Counted from the whole stretch's first letter, positions 24,439-37,123 are shown. The stretch: 63,572 nt of DNA, filler included, from Octopus bimaculoides (GCF_001194135.2; 10 parts of 9 records of this genome joined end to end with filler, not necessarily neighbours in it); one strand, 5' to 3'. The notes: generated from the letters alone by a model not told the origin. Numbers and translations are program-made.

Positions 24439-25698
24439 CCTCCAGTGTTTGACTCAAGCAAAAAAACTGAAAAAAAATTGTTTAATAGGTGTAAAACAAC
24501 ATGTAGTAAACAAATATGAAAAAAAATACCCGCGGGCAAACGGGAGGGGGTGGGAGACGAGTCAGAAAATTCACATCGAGAGTGTTCCGAGTCCTCTCAC
24601 CATTTCCCCATTCGGCGGCGCAATTTTTTTTCTTCTTATTCGTTTTCTACACATTATCTTACACATAGTACACCATTTTTTTTTTTTTCATTTTTGTGAC
24701 AGGGTGTTTTCGGATCCTCTGAGTTTGATCGTGTGAATTTTCCCAGTCCGGATCTTTCTGATTTGGCGGGTGTCACTTGTTTTCTTAACGAAACACTTTC
24801 AAACTTGGGATGCTGGAAGAATGTGTCACATAAAACATTTTTTACTCTTAGTGTTATTTAGAAAGTTTTATCTTTTTAAAGTTATTTCGTGTTAAAATTG
24901 TCGTATTTCGGTAATTTCAACCAATCACTGACATCTGTTGAGGTGAAAACAATTACTGCTGTGAAATGTCAACAAAGCATTGTGCGGTGTAATGGGATCT
25001 TTTCCGTTGAATAAAATTACTGCCGTTGTTTGTCAACAACAACTATCGACGGTACTGTTATTTATGACATGGTTCGTGCGTTTGTACTGGTTTTAGCTTT
25101 AGGGTTTTAGGGTTACGGTTATGAGTATTTTTGCCAATACTCATAACCCTAACCCCAACCCTAACCCTAACCCTAACCCTAAAACCCCAACCCTAACTCT
25201 AACTGTTTCGGTAGAAAACACACTAAATAAAACATAAATAAAAAGTGGCGCCCGCCAAATCAGAAAGATCCCCGAGTCCTGTCCTCACCCCCCTACTGTT
25301 CGCCAGCGCGTATTCTTTTCATAATCGTTTAGTACACATTATTTTACACCTATTGCACTTTTTTTTTCTGGTGGCCGGGTTACTGGATCGTGTGAATTAT
25401 CCGAGTCCGCACCCCACTCACTCCCCGTCACAAAAATTGAAAAAACAAATAGTGTACTAGGTGTAAAATAATGTGTAAAACGAATATGAAGAAAACAAAA
25501 TTGCGCCGACGAACGGGGAAGTGGTGAGGGGACTCGGAACACTTCCGATGTGAATTTTCCGAATCGTCTCCTCCCTCCCGTTCGCCAGCGCGCATTAATA
25601 TTTTTTTTTTCATATTCGTTTTCTACGTGTTTTTTTTACACCTATAACACAATTTTCATTTTCATTTTTTTTTTTTTGCTCGGGTCAAACACTGGAAG
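24439..25698. mobile_element. Fold-back element 2, TTAA-flanked, CC-starting (piggyBac-like MITE), with a central insert
   Basis: TTAA|cctccagtgtttgac ... gtcaaacactggaag|TTAA; ~350-450 bp GC-rich inverted arms; the centre carries a partial copy of element 1. Confidence 0.7.
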
Positions 25699-26315
25699 TT
25701 AAACCGAAAATTTTTAATGAAAGAAAATTGAAAATTTTGCGATGCACTGCAGACTTGTTTCAGTTGGTTACTATGGAAACATAGAAATAACAATTCGAGG
25801 GTTTCCATAACGTCGAAAGTAAGTGGTTAGATCTGATAGACTAAAATTACTAATGGCAATCTTTCGCCTATGGTCTCACGATTATCAATTTTTACAGCTG
25901 GTTGTTCAGTAATTTCCGTAAAGAATTTTTATCTACTTTGTTTTCATATCCTGTTGATGGCAACATTTGCTTTGATGTCAAGTGAAACACGCACTAGCAC
26001 GCGCCCACACATATTGAATCGTGAAATACACACTCGTACAATGTATGCAGGCAGTATGCATGTATCTATATATGAAAGGTAATGGGTGTACGTGTGTGTG
26101 TGTTGGCGCGCGCGTATTCAGTTCTGTATTTGTATTCACTTGCACAATGTATGTATGTACGGGTATATGAACGATAATGGGGGAGAGCGAGTGTGTGCGC
26201 GCGCGAGCGTGCTCAGCCGTATGTATTTGTATTCGCTCACACACACACTTGTACAATAAATGTGTGTATTTGTGTATGTACATGTATATGAAAGATAATG
26301 GAAGGGGGTGCGAGC

Positions 26316-28286
26316 TAGGGCTCGAAACCGGTTTTATATTATGATCAGTAAAACCGAAACGGATTTGCCAAAACCGATTTTAATGCTTGTTGTTTCTATT
26401 TTTTTTTTTTTTTCGCAAAACATTTTTTCATTTTTTTCTTTTGAAGAAATATCGTTGAAACTGAACTAACTGAACTGTGGTCGGTCGCCTTTGGTTGTGA
26501 GTGCTGTCTGTTTCATTGAAACATATCGCAACATATCAATTCTCACCTTCTCTCCCCTTGAACCTTAGATCAGCACCTTGTCATTTCCTTCGCTAACCCC
26601 TGGCTGACTCCTTGAATTTGGAGGTAACCGAGTTTATTCAGAGCAAGTCAAGGGGATGCTGTCAGTCTTCAGTCANNNNNNNNNNNNNNNNNNNNNNNNN
26701 NNNNNNNNNNNNNNNNNNNNNNNNNNNNNNNNNNNNNNNNNNNNNNNNNNNNNNNNNNNNNNNNNNNNNNNNNNNNNNNNNNNNNNNNNNNNNNNNNNNN
26801 NNNNNNNNNNNNNNNNNNNNNNNNNNNNNNNNNNNNNNNNNNNNNNNNNNNNNNNNNNNNNNNNNNNNNNNNNNNNNNNNNNNNNNNNNNNNNNNNNNNN
26901 NNNNNNNNNNNNNNNNNNNNNNNNNNNNNNNNNNNNNNNNNNNNNNNNNNNNNNNNNNNNNNNNNNNNNNNNNNNNNNNNNNNNNNNNNNNNNNNNNNNN
27001 NNNNNNNNNNNNNNNNNNNNNNNNNNNNNNNNNNNNNNNNNNNNNNNNNNNNNNNNNNNNNNNNNNNNNNNNNNNNNNNNNNNNNNNNNNNNNNNNNNNN
27101 NNNNNNNNNNNNNNNNNNNNNNNNNNNNNNNNNNNNNNNNNNNNNNNNNNNNNNNNNNNNNNNNNNNNNNNNNNNNNNNNNNNNNNNNNNNNNNNNNNNN
27201 NNNNNNNNNNNNNNNNNNNNNNNNNNNNNNNNNNNNNNNNNNNNNNNNNNNNNNNNNNNNNNNNNNNNNNNNNNNNNNNNNNNNNNNNNNNNNNNNNNNN
27301 NNNNNNNNNNNNNNNNNNNNNNNNNNNNNNNNNNNNNNNNNNNNNNNNNNNNNNNNNNNNNNNNNNNNNNNNNNNNNNNNNNNNNNNNNNNNNNNNNNNN
27401 NNNNNNNNNNNNNNNNNNNNNNNNNNNNNNNNNNNNNNNNNNNNNNNNNNNNNNNNNNNNNNNNNNACGCTTTACACCGCTTAATCAGCCAAAGGAGTAA
27501 ATATAAACAACTAAATACTTGTCAGTGATTGGTTGAAATTATCGAAATAAGACAATTTTTTACATGAAATAAATTCGAATACAAAAATATTTTTCTGTTC
27601 TATAACACAAAATAGATAAGTATACGAAGTTTGAAAGTCTTTCGGTACCAAAAACACTACGTAAAACATTGATGAAAAATGTGGCCCCCGTTTTAAAAAA
27701 GATCCGAATTATTACATACCCAAGAAAGAAGAACTTATTCATTATTTCGAAAAAGAAGTAGCGCTGGGGATTCGCTACTCATTGACATTGGATGAATACA
27801 CATCAATTCAAAATAAACGATATATGAACATAAATGTTCATGGGAAAGACAATCATTGGTTGTTGGGTCTTATTGAGATCCACGGCTCCCTTAATAGCAG
27901 GAGAACACTGAATGCATTGTGTTTTTTAAAAGATTATTTTCGAAGGAAAATGAATCATCAAGCAGGTCAAGAAACTTCATTGATTCTCAGAAATACAACG
28001 ACTTGGAAAAACGTTGCATTCCTGATTAAATAAATACAATACCATTATTTTTTGTTATTGTTTGTACATAGATACAGATACAGGCACCACCAACATATTT
28101 GTTAATATCAGTCAAACTGTTACTTTCTCTCTTTCTCTGTGTATGTATATAAACAAGATACAATATATGACAAACTTCTTCGTTACAGGGACACCGCTCT
28201 AAATCCACGAAAACCGGTTATTAACCGGAATAACCGGTTTTGAGAATTACTTGTACTTTAACTCTGTTTTGGGAATTATCGGTTTT
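26316..28286 (+). mobile_element. hAT transposon remnant nested in element 3
   Basis: 8-bp direct repeat gtgcgagc on both sides; left end tagggctcgaaaccgg; aaccgg/ccggtt subterminal repeats; internal transposase fragment. Confidence 0.75.
27730..27910 (+). pseudogene. hAT transposase fragment containing the first catalytic Asp region
   Basis: KEELIHYFEKEVALGIRYSLTLDEYTSIQNKRYMNINVH..LGLIEIHGS resembles the hAT SLTxDEWTS..RYMNINVH motif. Confidence 0.8.
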
Positions 28287-30282
28287 GTGCGAGCGTGTTC
28301 ACCTTTATGTATTCACTTACACACATACATACACGTCACCCATTATCTTTCATATATGTGTTTGTGTGAGTGAATACAAATTGAGCTGAACACGCTCGCA
28401 CGCACACCCATTATCTTCATATATACGTACATACATAAATACATTTATTCATACATACATTGTGCGACAGTGTTTCACTATTCAACTCATGAACATGAAA
28501 GTCATTGTGTGTGTGAGACAGAGAGTGAGTGTGCACGCGCGCTACCGTCTGTTTCACTTTTCACCTATCTCGATGACTTCAAAGCAAATGTCGCCTTCAA
28601 CAGGACAAAAGTAAATAAATAAAAATTCTTTACGGAAATTGCCGAACAACCAACTGTAAAAATTGATAATCGTGAAACCAAAGGTGAAAGATCGTCGAAA
28701 TTTTAATCTTCGAAGGTTCATAACTTTATTAAAATCTCCCCAAATGGTTGAGCTTTCCATATTTGGTCTGCAAAACTACACCTGCATAGAAATTTTTAGA
28801 CAATCGAACCAATAAATGAAATATTTGGAATAAGTTTCTGGAATGCTGCCTTCTTCAAATTTTGCTTTTGAAAAATTGGTAGAATAAGAAAATTTACTGA
28901 AAATGGTCGAACTGAAGATAAAATATATTGAGCGAAAATATAACAGTGATAGCATCTTGCATGCCGAAAACAACCGAAGGATGCCGGGAAAAGCTAATAT
29001 TTCGTTTTGTTCTAAAAAAAAAACAAACTTTCAAACAAACTAATAACACGATGAATCACAAAAAACAACTATTTTAAAATGTTCTAAGTAAATATTTACA
29101 ATAAAATTACCGTTTATTAACTAACATTCGGTAAAAGGTTCTTTTTTTCGAAATGCTGTTTTTGAAATGATATAAGGTATACACAATAGACCTAATTCAC
29201 GTATCAACGTGCGCGAGATGTGGGTTTAACAAAAAATATGAATTGCGTTACTTAAAATACAAAAGCCTACAGAAATATAATGCACATACATAGCAGTATG
29301 TATATATTTATTTTTTTCAGATTTTTAGTGCGAGCAAAATAAATTCAAATACTAATCACATTCAACTTTTTTTTTTTCTTAATAATTTCATTTAATTTTT
29401 TTGTTTTCAAAATTTGCAGTGCGGGGGTGCAAAAAGAACATATGCATCTAAGTTTGTGTCTATGACTGGGATGTGCTTGATACTCCATTTTCCAGGGCGA
29501 TATAAATGCAGAAAGTTTACACAGAAAATGATTTTAAAAATACACATATTTCTACGTTTACTTTCACCCATTAAAAATATTCACAGACTACATATCATTT
29601 CAGTGAACACATTTATGAGTAAAGAATCGTGTAAAGGAAAAGTGATTTTTTTATGTCTATTTCAAACTAGCTGATTAGTAACTAATGCTAACTAACACAA
29701 CAACTCTCATTGCATGTAACGTACATCCATGTACAGCCTCGTTCTGACACTAGTTTTCATACGAAGACAAACATAATCAAGTGAAATAATATTTGTAAGT
29801 CACAGCGTCGTATCTACATATCTCAGGTAAGATGATCAATCCTAAAATTGACATTGTGGGTCCTATTATTTTTAAATATTAAGTAATAATAACTGTTAAA
29901 GGTAATACTACAATGAAGATTATTATTTATTAACGTGTATTAAAGTTGCTCGTGTTGAGCAATTTCATATGCATATTCTCATCGATGAAATATTATTTAG
30001 AATAAAAGTATGATTATTTTGGAAATGTTCTAGAACTCAATAAATTTTAAAACAGATAGGACAGGCAATCATTCATTTTGGTGAAATTGGCGGACCCACA
30101 CTATGCAGTAGTTTCCCAAAACACCTATTATAAAACACCTAGTATGTTCACTGTACCACGTTCTCTGGTAGAGTTTCGTACTAGCTGTCCCTTGAAGTTC
30201 CATCCCTCATGAGAAGTAAAAGGGTATAGTTTTCCCCTGCATTTTTTTTAGCATTCTCGTGTTTTATTCAACGGAAATTACG

Positions 30283-30343
<61 letters not shown>

Positions 30344-30344
30344 T

Positions 30345-30430
30345 AGGCGAAAGTAAAGAATACGCACACTCGGTGTTTAGGGTTAGGGTTACGCCGAAAA
30401 CGGGTGGTATGCGTATTCTTTACCCTTTAC
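30345..30430. repeat. Mini palindromic element with TTAGGG core
   Basis: gtaaagaatacgca (30353-30366) and tgcgtattctttac (30410-30423) are perfect inverted arms flanking ttagggttagggtta. Confidence 0.75.
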
Positions 30431-31020
30431 CTTCCAAAGATATTTTCTTAATATATTTTTACCCTCTCTCCCACTTCCGTATTGTTTTTTCTCTCTTTGA
30501 GGCACAGTTACTCCAGAACAGTTATCCCATATGTAATTGACATATGCTAGTATTGTATAAACTTCTGTTTTACCAAAAGTTATAGGTATTCATTCGAATT
30601 ATTCTGTTTATAGAGATTATACATAGATGGGTACATGTTACAAATATTTTAAATATATGGTGTAAATCGTCCTAAATAAACTTAGTGAATAAATCACTCA
30701 GATATAAACCGTACACGATTCACCATACATCTCATGAACGTACTGGCTTGGGCAAGATGGTCTTTTGGAAAACTGGTAGTTGCTCATGCATGCAAGTCTA
30801 CCTTCTCCGTGCTACCAATGTTTTCCAAGAGAAAGTCGACAGGCTTGGCTGATACAGCTTGGCCTTCGTGTCGTAGTAGATGTTGCTTGAGTCGAAAGAT
30901 TGACTGCAAAAGCATTTTACCTGACTCTAAGCAGGAAATAAGCAAGATAAATATGTACACACATAAATATACTGTACATTTGAAATACATTTGTCTCTTT
31001 TTCTCTCTCTCTCTCTCTCT

Positions 31021-31057
<37 letters not shown>

Positions 31058-31058
<1 letters not shown>

Positions 31059-31800
31059 GATGGCATTGTCGAACTGGCGGACTCAGAACAAGAATTGAAA
31101 CGACTAGTAAAGCGCCTAGACAAGATCACCAATGAATTTGGCATGGAGATAAGTGCAGAGAAAACAAAAGTTATGACAAACTACCAAACGGAATCTGTAC
31201 CAACATAAGCATCAGTGGAGTTGAGCTTGAACAAGTTCAAAACTTCAAACATCTTGGGTGATAGTGAGTGGCCAAGGCTCCAAGCCTGAAGTGATATCCC
31301 ACATTGCCAAAATAACAACATCAATGACCAAATTCAGAGCATTGTGGAAAGACAGAAATATCTCACTGAGCTCCAAAATTAGGCTAATGAGATCACTAGT
31401 GATCTTGATATTCCTGTACACTGTGAGACATGGATACTGACAGCAGAAAACAAAAGAAGAATCCAGGTGACAGAGATGAAATGTTTCAAGAGACTTTTAG
31501 GAATATCATATAGAGATCATGTCACAAATGAGGAAGTGAAAAGAAGAATAAAGCAGGCAATAGGGCCCTATGAGGAACTTCTTACCACAGTAAATAAACA
31601 CAAGCTCAGGAGGTTTGGGCATGTCACCCGCTCATCAGGGATGGCCAAAACGATAATTCAAGGAACAGTCAAAGGTGGAAGACAGAGAAAGAGGTGGGAA
31701 AATATGTGAGTGGACAGGCCTAAAGAAGAGAGACGGGTGGAGGAATCTGGTTGCAAAGTCATCAGTGGTGCCCCAACAGTCAGCCAGACTACAGGATATG
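31058..31800 (+). mobile_element. RTE-clade LINE 3' fragment
   Basis: ELKRLVKRLDKITNEFGMEISAEKTKVM; LWKDRNISLSSKIRLMRSLV; EMKCFKRLLGISYRDHVTNEEV; KLRRFGHVTR. Confidence 0.9.
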
Positions 31801-31809
31801 AAACGTAAT

Positions 31810-32230
31810 AATCTAATATATATTTGTGAAAAGGGTGGACGTTGTCTCACAAGCAGTTGTGCAGGCAAAAGTGTTAGTAAATATGGTCAGATTGACCTGA
31901 AAATTTGTACAGCTATGTTAAAAGTGCTGAGGAGTTTGCATGGCAACTTTGAGGTTGCTCAATTGAAAGGCATGAGCTCTAGGGCAAAATTCCTCATCTT
32001 TAAAATGTGGCCTAAGTAGACCTGAATGAAATCGGGTTATAATCTATTATATATTTGTGAAAAGGGCAGACGTCTCACATGCAGTTGTGCAGATAAAAGT
32101 GTTGGTAAATGTAGTTGGTTTAAGGTGAAAACGTGCACACCTATGGGGAACATGCATGGCAAATTTGAGCTTGCTAGATTGAAAGGCGTGGCCGCTAGGG
32201 CAAAATTCCTCATCTTTAAACAGACTGACA
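31810..32230 (+). repeat. Diverged tandem duplication of a ~231-bp unit (possibly Helitron/HINE-like non-autonomous element)
   Basis: aatctaatatatatttgtgaaaaggg at 31810 and aatctattatatatttgtgaaaaggg at 32041; both contain tagggcaaaattcctcatctttaaa. Confidence 0.75.
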
Positions 32231-32811
32231 AGTGTTTGTTGTTTCTCTATTTCGGCTATCACCCTTCCTCAATCTCTCCCTTTCCTCCCTTCACTTTATC
32301 TCTATAACAGCATTTGACATCTTCCACTCTCTCTCTTTCCCTTTCTGTCTTCACTGTCTCTCTGTCACTCTTTCTCTCCCACCGCCTAGCGTTGACAGCC
32401 GCAAGTTTTCCTCTATGTGGCAATTAATGTCCTAAAAATAACAGCCAAATCAATTGTATTGAAATATACATATGTATATATATATATACATACATACATA
32501 CATAACAATATACATATATACATACATACATACAAAGAACAAAACTGGTGACCGTCTGTGCTTAATGGAGTGGAATAAATAGAATAGTAAATAATTATAA
32601 TGTGTCGAAAATACATTCCACTCTCTTAAAGTTTAAATATTCCCGCCACAGAGCTTTTAGAATAGTGAATTATTATTGCCCACCAGCAGCACACAATCAT
32701 GATAACAGATACTATTAATCATATATTTATTGTGTTAATTTATATATATATATGTGTGTGTATATAAATATATATATGTATATGTGTGTGTGTGTGTGTG
32801 TATATATATAC

Positions 32812-32849
<38 letters not shown>

Positions 32850-32886
32850 GTATATAAATATACATAATTTATATATATATAATGTT

Positions 32887-32926
<40 letters not shown>

Positions 32927-32945
32927 GTGTACATATCTAAATATA

Positions 32946-32997
<52 letters not shown>

Positions 32998-33899
32998 GTG
33001 TATACATATATATATATAATGCGTATATATATTTATAAAGTGTGTGGGTATATATTTATAATGTATATATATATATAGATAGATAGATAGATAGATATAA
33101 AGTATGAGGAGTTAGTTCACCAGTGATTATGTACGCTAGGTAAGTGCTGTAATGGATTACTGGGGCTCAAAGGTTATTTCCGAGACAGTAGCTATGGAGT
33201 CATTGCAGATTTCCAATGCAGTGGCTATATAATTGTTAAACGGGACATCAAACATTAAGGTAAGGCAAACATCTCAATTCATATACAATATTATTATAGG
33301 AAGAAATTCAAAATCTTACAGCTGTTTCTGGGATATCCCTGAGTATGGGATATTCCGTCATCAGAGATAGATAGGGAGAAAATATGGAAAATGAGAATGG
33401 TATATATTAATAAGATGATAACATAGAGGAAGGGAGTAAAAGAATAAGGAGATGGAAAGAGAGAAGCCTTGTGAGTGGATTTCGTACTCAGAAACTAAAA
33501 GACAACAATTCTAACAATACATATAAGACCCAAGTTAAAAAGATTCTCAACAATTCAACTTCTCTGGTTGACATTAAGACACCCACTCCCAATAGAGGCC
33601 TTAACTCCCACATTTTAGAGCTCCTTGACCTCCAATTTTCAGGAGCAAGATCCTTTTAACAGGTTCCATAAGACTGGAATTTTGGAATCTGTGCATAAAG
33701 ATCATTAGTATGGGATACATGTGTCATGATTAGAAATTTTTTAGGGTGTGTAAAGAGGGAAGAACCCTCATCTGCAATTTTGCTGAAATTCAAATCATAG
33801 GTATTACAGTTCATAACAGAAAATATAGCAGAAAAGTCTAATTCTTCAATTGCATGTAACATGGGCAATGCTGGGTATCTCTGCTAGTATATATATATA

Positions 33900-34196
33900 C
33901 TTGCACTAAATGAGGCTGCAAAGAAAGAGGTCTGGAGATGCCACTACGATAGATTGCTTAATAAAGAGAATGAATGGGAGAAAGAGAGCCTGCCGTATGT
34001 CGACCCAACAGAGGGACCAGCTATCCGAGTTGACAGTACCAGGGTAGATAAAGCAATTAAGAGTATGAAGACAGGGAAATCTCCCGGCCCATCAGGAATC
34101 ACTGTAGAGATGCTCAAAATATCTGGCAGTGTTGGCTACAGCCTAGTCACCCGTATTACGAACCAGGTGATACACGAAGGAGTCATACCCAATGAC
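33900..34196 (+). mobile_element. LINE ORF2 fragment (RTE-type, upstream of RT)
   Basis: WRCHYDRLLNKENEW..EGPAI..VDKAIKSMKTGKSPGPSGITVEMLK. Confidence 0.85.
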
Positions 34197-34510
34197 NNNN
34201 NNNNNNNNNNNNNNNNNNNNNNNNNNNNNNNNNNNNNNNNTTAATTAATTAANNNNNNNNNNNNNNNNNNNNNNNNNNNNNNNNNNNNNNNNNNNNAAAA
34301 GGAAAGAGTGTGCTTAAACCTACGTTATTATGTCGCCAATAAATACAATTGCCGCAACATATGCAGCAGCAGGAAATACATAAACGGGGGAAATGGAATA
34401 TACAGCCATATTTTAAATCCAATAAGAGCCAATATTGACAGAAACCAATTTCTCTTTTCTTGAGAAACATTCATATTGTCCAAAATATAGAGGAAATTTC
34501 CCTAAGGGCA

Positions 34511-34558
<48 letters not shown>

Positions 34559-34569
34559 CTATGTGTGTG

Positions 34570-34625
<56 letters not shown>

Positions 34626-35583
34626 CACACACACAATAATTTACCATAAACACTCTCTCACACACACACAATAATTTACCATAAACACTCCTTCCGAGTG
34701 TGTCTGTATATTTTGAGAGAAATGTTTTTTAATAAACACAATTTTAGCTGATGACACTGTCTCAAAAAAGAAGAAAATTATATGTATATAAATAGATTTA
34801 TAAATAAACAAAGCTGTAACCCTGTCACCATCGTTGGTGTGTAAGTGTTGTGAAAGCAACTTTATGAGAATGGAATCTGTCCTTCAATGTCTAACGATAA
34901 AAATACTCACAGCGGATGATTGGAGGTAATGAGGTTAACACAAGATTTCACTGGTCTCTCTTTGCTAAAACAAACATTCAAAATCAGAGCAGATACTAAA
35001 AAATATACATACATACATACATATAAATATATGTGTATGTACATACATACATACATGCGTGTGTGTGTGTGTGTGTGTGTGTATGCATATTAAAAATGAA
35101 TGAGAAAATAGTTTTACAGCTATCATGAATGAAAGGAAGAAAATATTTACAATTTTATCAAGATATGTCACCGGTTTCAATCGTTTATTTTTTTTAGTCT
35201 TGCAATAAGATAAGGGAAAAAGAATTACATTTAAGTAATCTTTCAAGATAACACTTGTACCAAGTGAGTTATTCGTACGTGGTTGCCAGGTTTGGAGCAC
35301 GAGCATGCAAATTAAGCACATCTCATTATTTCTTTCTTTTACCCATGAGATTAACCGAATCATAGAAACTTCTGAGGCAAAAACGAAAGAAACATCCTAA
35401 ACGTGGCACATTGTGCCCAGATTAGCTAATTCAGGACAAAAAAAAAAAACATATCTCCGGTTTTAACCACGATTTTAATGTCTATCAGCTGGAACCAAAA
35501 TTATTTGTTTTTCCTTTGTTTATGGAAGTCTGGATTCAAATAACCAAATCAGGTTCTCATTCCTAAGGTATTTTTCGATGCTA

Positions 35584-35584
<1 letters not shown>

Positions 35585-35619
<35 letters not shown>

Positions 35620-35830
35620 TCACTGCTTGGAATCTAACTCGGAATCTAGGGGTTAGTAAGCCGCGCTCTTAACCACTACGCCATATACCCACGGGCATAT
35701 ACCTTGGGAATAAGAACCTAGATTTGAAATTTCCTCAAGACACCCAATGCTGGAGGGTATATCAGCCGAAATGCGTTAACAACAAACAAGATGAGCTCAA
35801 ATATCCGTCAAATGTAAATAATGTAAATAA
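35585..35830 (-). mobile_element. tRNA-like SINE head joined to a repeat terminal segment
   Basis: Reverse complement gives tatggcgtagtggttaagagcgcgg..gattccgagttagattcc (A/B boxes) followed by (TAA)n; adjacent segment resembles Penelope-type termini. Confidence 0.55.
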
Positions 35831-36685
35831 GTGATCAGTTTTCAGAATTTAGTGCAAATGATTCTGAGTTTCTTTGTGAATCATAGGGGGGTGGGGATTC
35901 ATTGTATTTTTTCCTTCTTTTCTTGTGGTGGGGCAGGGTAGACTATGGTAAAGATTCAATCCAGGGATTTGTTGGGAGTATTTTCTTTTTGTTATCTCGT
36001 GTCTTGGCCCTTCTTCAATTTCAGTACAAGCAAGGCAAATCCTGCAAGCCGGAATCTGACCTTCCTTTTATGGGATAAAAATCAGATTTTTACCCCATAA
36101 AATAGGTTAAATATAAAAAAAAGTGCATTTAAGATCAATTATTTCAAGGAAGTTATTAGGTTTTGAGTCCATTTAATGTTTCCTGTTTTTATACGTGTTT
36201 AATTACGTTGGGGGTCAATAACTACCGATTTTACCCAATTTTGTCATGCATACATTCGCAAATATGCACACATGCATATAGATGTATACATACACAAACA
36301 TACGTCGTACGCGTAACTTACGCATCATACATACAATTAAATAATCCTAGTAATTCTTTGTTCGACAGTATAGGATTAGTAAATAAAGAAAATAAAATTT
36401 TATCCAGATTTGCCACTTAATCCAAGTAGTGAGGATTTATGAGAAATTGCGATTCGTGTCGTAAATTCTTTATTTGGCAACGCTGAGGCATGGTGTAGAA
36501 ACGGTTCTGACGCTGACTATAATGGAGAGTACAATGAGGTTACAGGAATCGAAGTTCCAATTACACCAGTACTCAGGCCGTTCACAATAACATAACAGAA
36601 GAAAGCAAACGCTTGGTTTGTGGCGGGTGAAGTAATGTCATGACTGTGTGTGAATACGCGTGTCGTTGCACAAGGCTAGCGATCT

Positions 36686-36866
36686 CGGGAGAGGGTGTGG
36701 GCGAGTTGATTACATCGATCCAAGTACACAACTGGTACTTATTTTATCGATTCCGAAAGGCTGAAAGGCAAAGTCGTCCTCAGCGGAATTTGAACTCAGA
36801 ACGCAAAGAAGGACGAAATATCGCTAAGCACATTGCCCGGCGTGCTAACGGTTCTGCCAGCTCACC
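36686..36866 (-). mobile_element. SINE family A
   Basis: ggtacttattttatcgattccgaaaggctgaaaggcaaagtc..cccggcgtgctaacggttctgccagctcacc. Confidence 0.85.
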
Positions 36867-37088
36867 ATCTTCTGTAAGTTTTAATAGTATCAAGTATTAA
36901 CTCAAGATTTACACAAAATTAAATATATATATATATATATACATCGTGTGTGTGTGTGTGTGTGTGTGTGCACGTGGGTGAAATTTACAAATATACATTA
37001 AGAAATCAAAGTGAAAGAACGTAGAAAACTTAATGGAAAAAAAACATATTGATACCTCAAAGACGTCCTATTCAGTACAAGATGTGTG

Positions 37089-37123
<35 letters not shown>

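Larger units (their letters stand above)
25740..28780. mobile_element. Fold-back element 3 with ~550-bp inverted arms
   Basis: cacgattatcaatttttacagctggttgttcagtaatttccgtaaagaattttt (25877) is inverted to aaaaattctttacggaaattgccgaacaaccaactgtaaaaattgataatcgtg (28620); subrepeats gataatggg/cccattatc. Confidence 0.75.

Noticed and set aside
30734-30900. Resemblance of plus-frame NVFQEKVDRL to the WAVE homology domain
   Set aside because: Short match followed by stops; neighbouring WAVE-like words are on the opposite strand and out of order.
33470-33870. Possible exon or Penelope GIY-YIG fragment
   Set aside because: Short ORFs on both strands with no diagnostic motif or splice pair.
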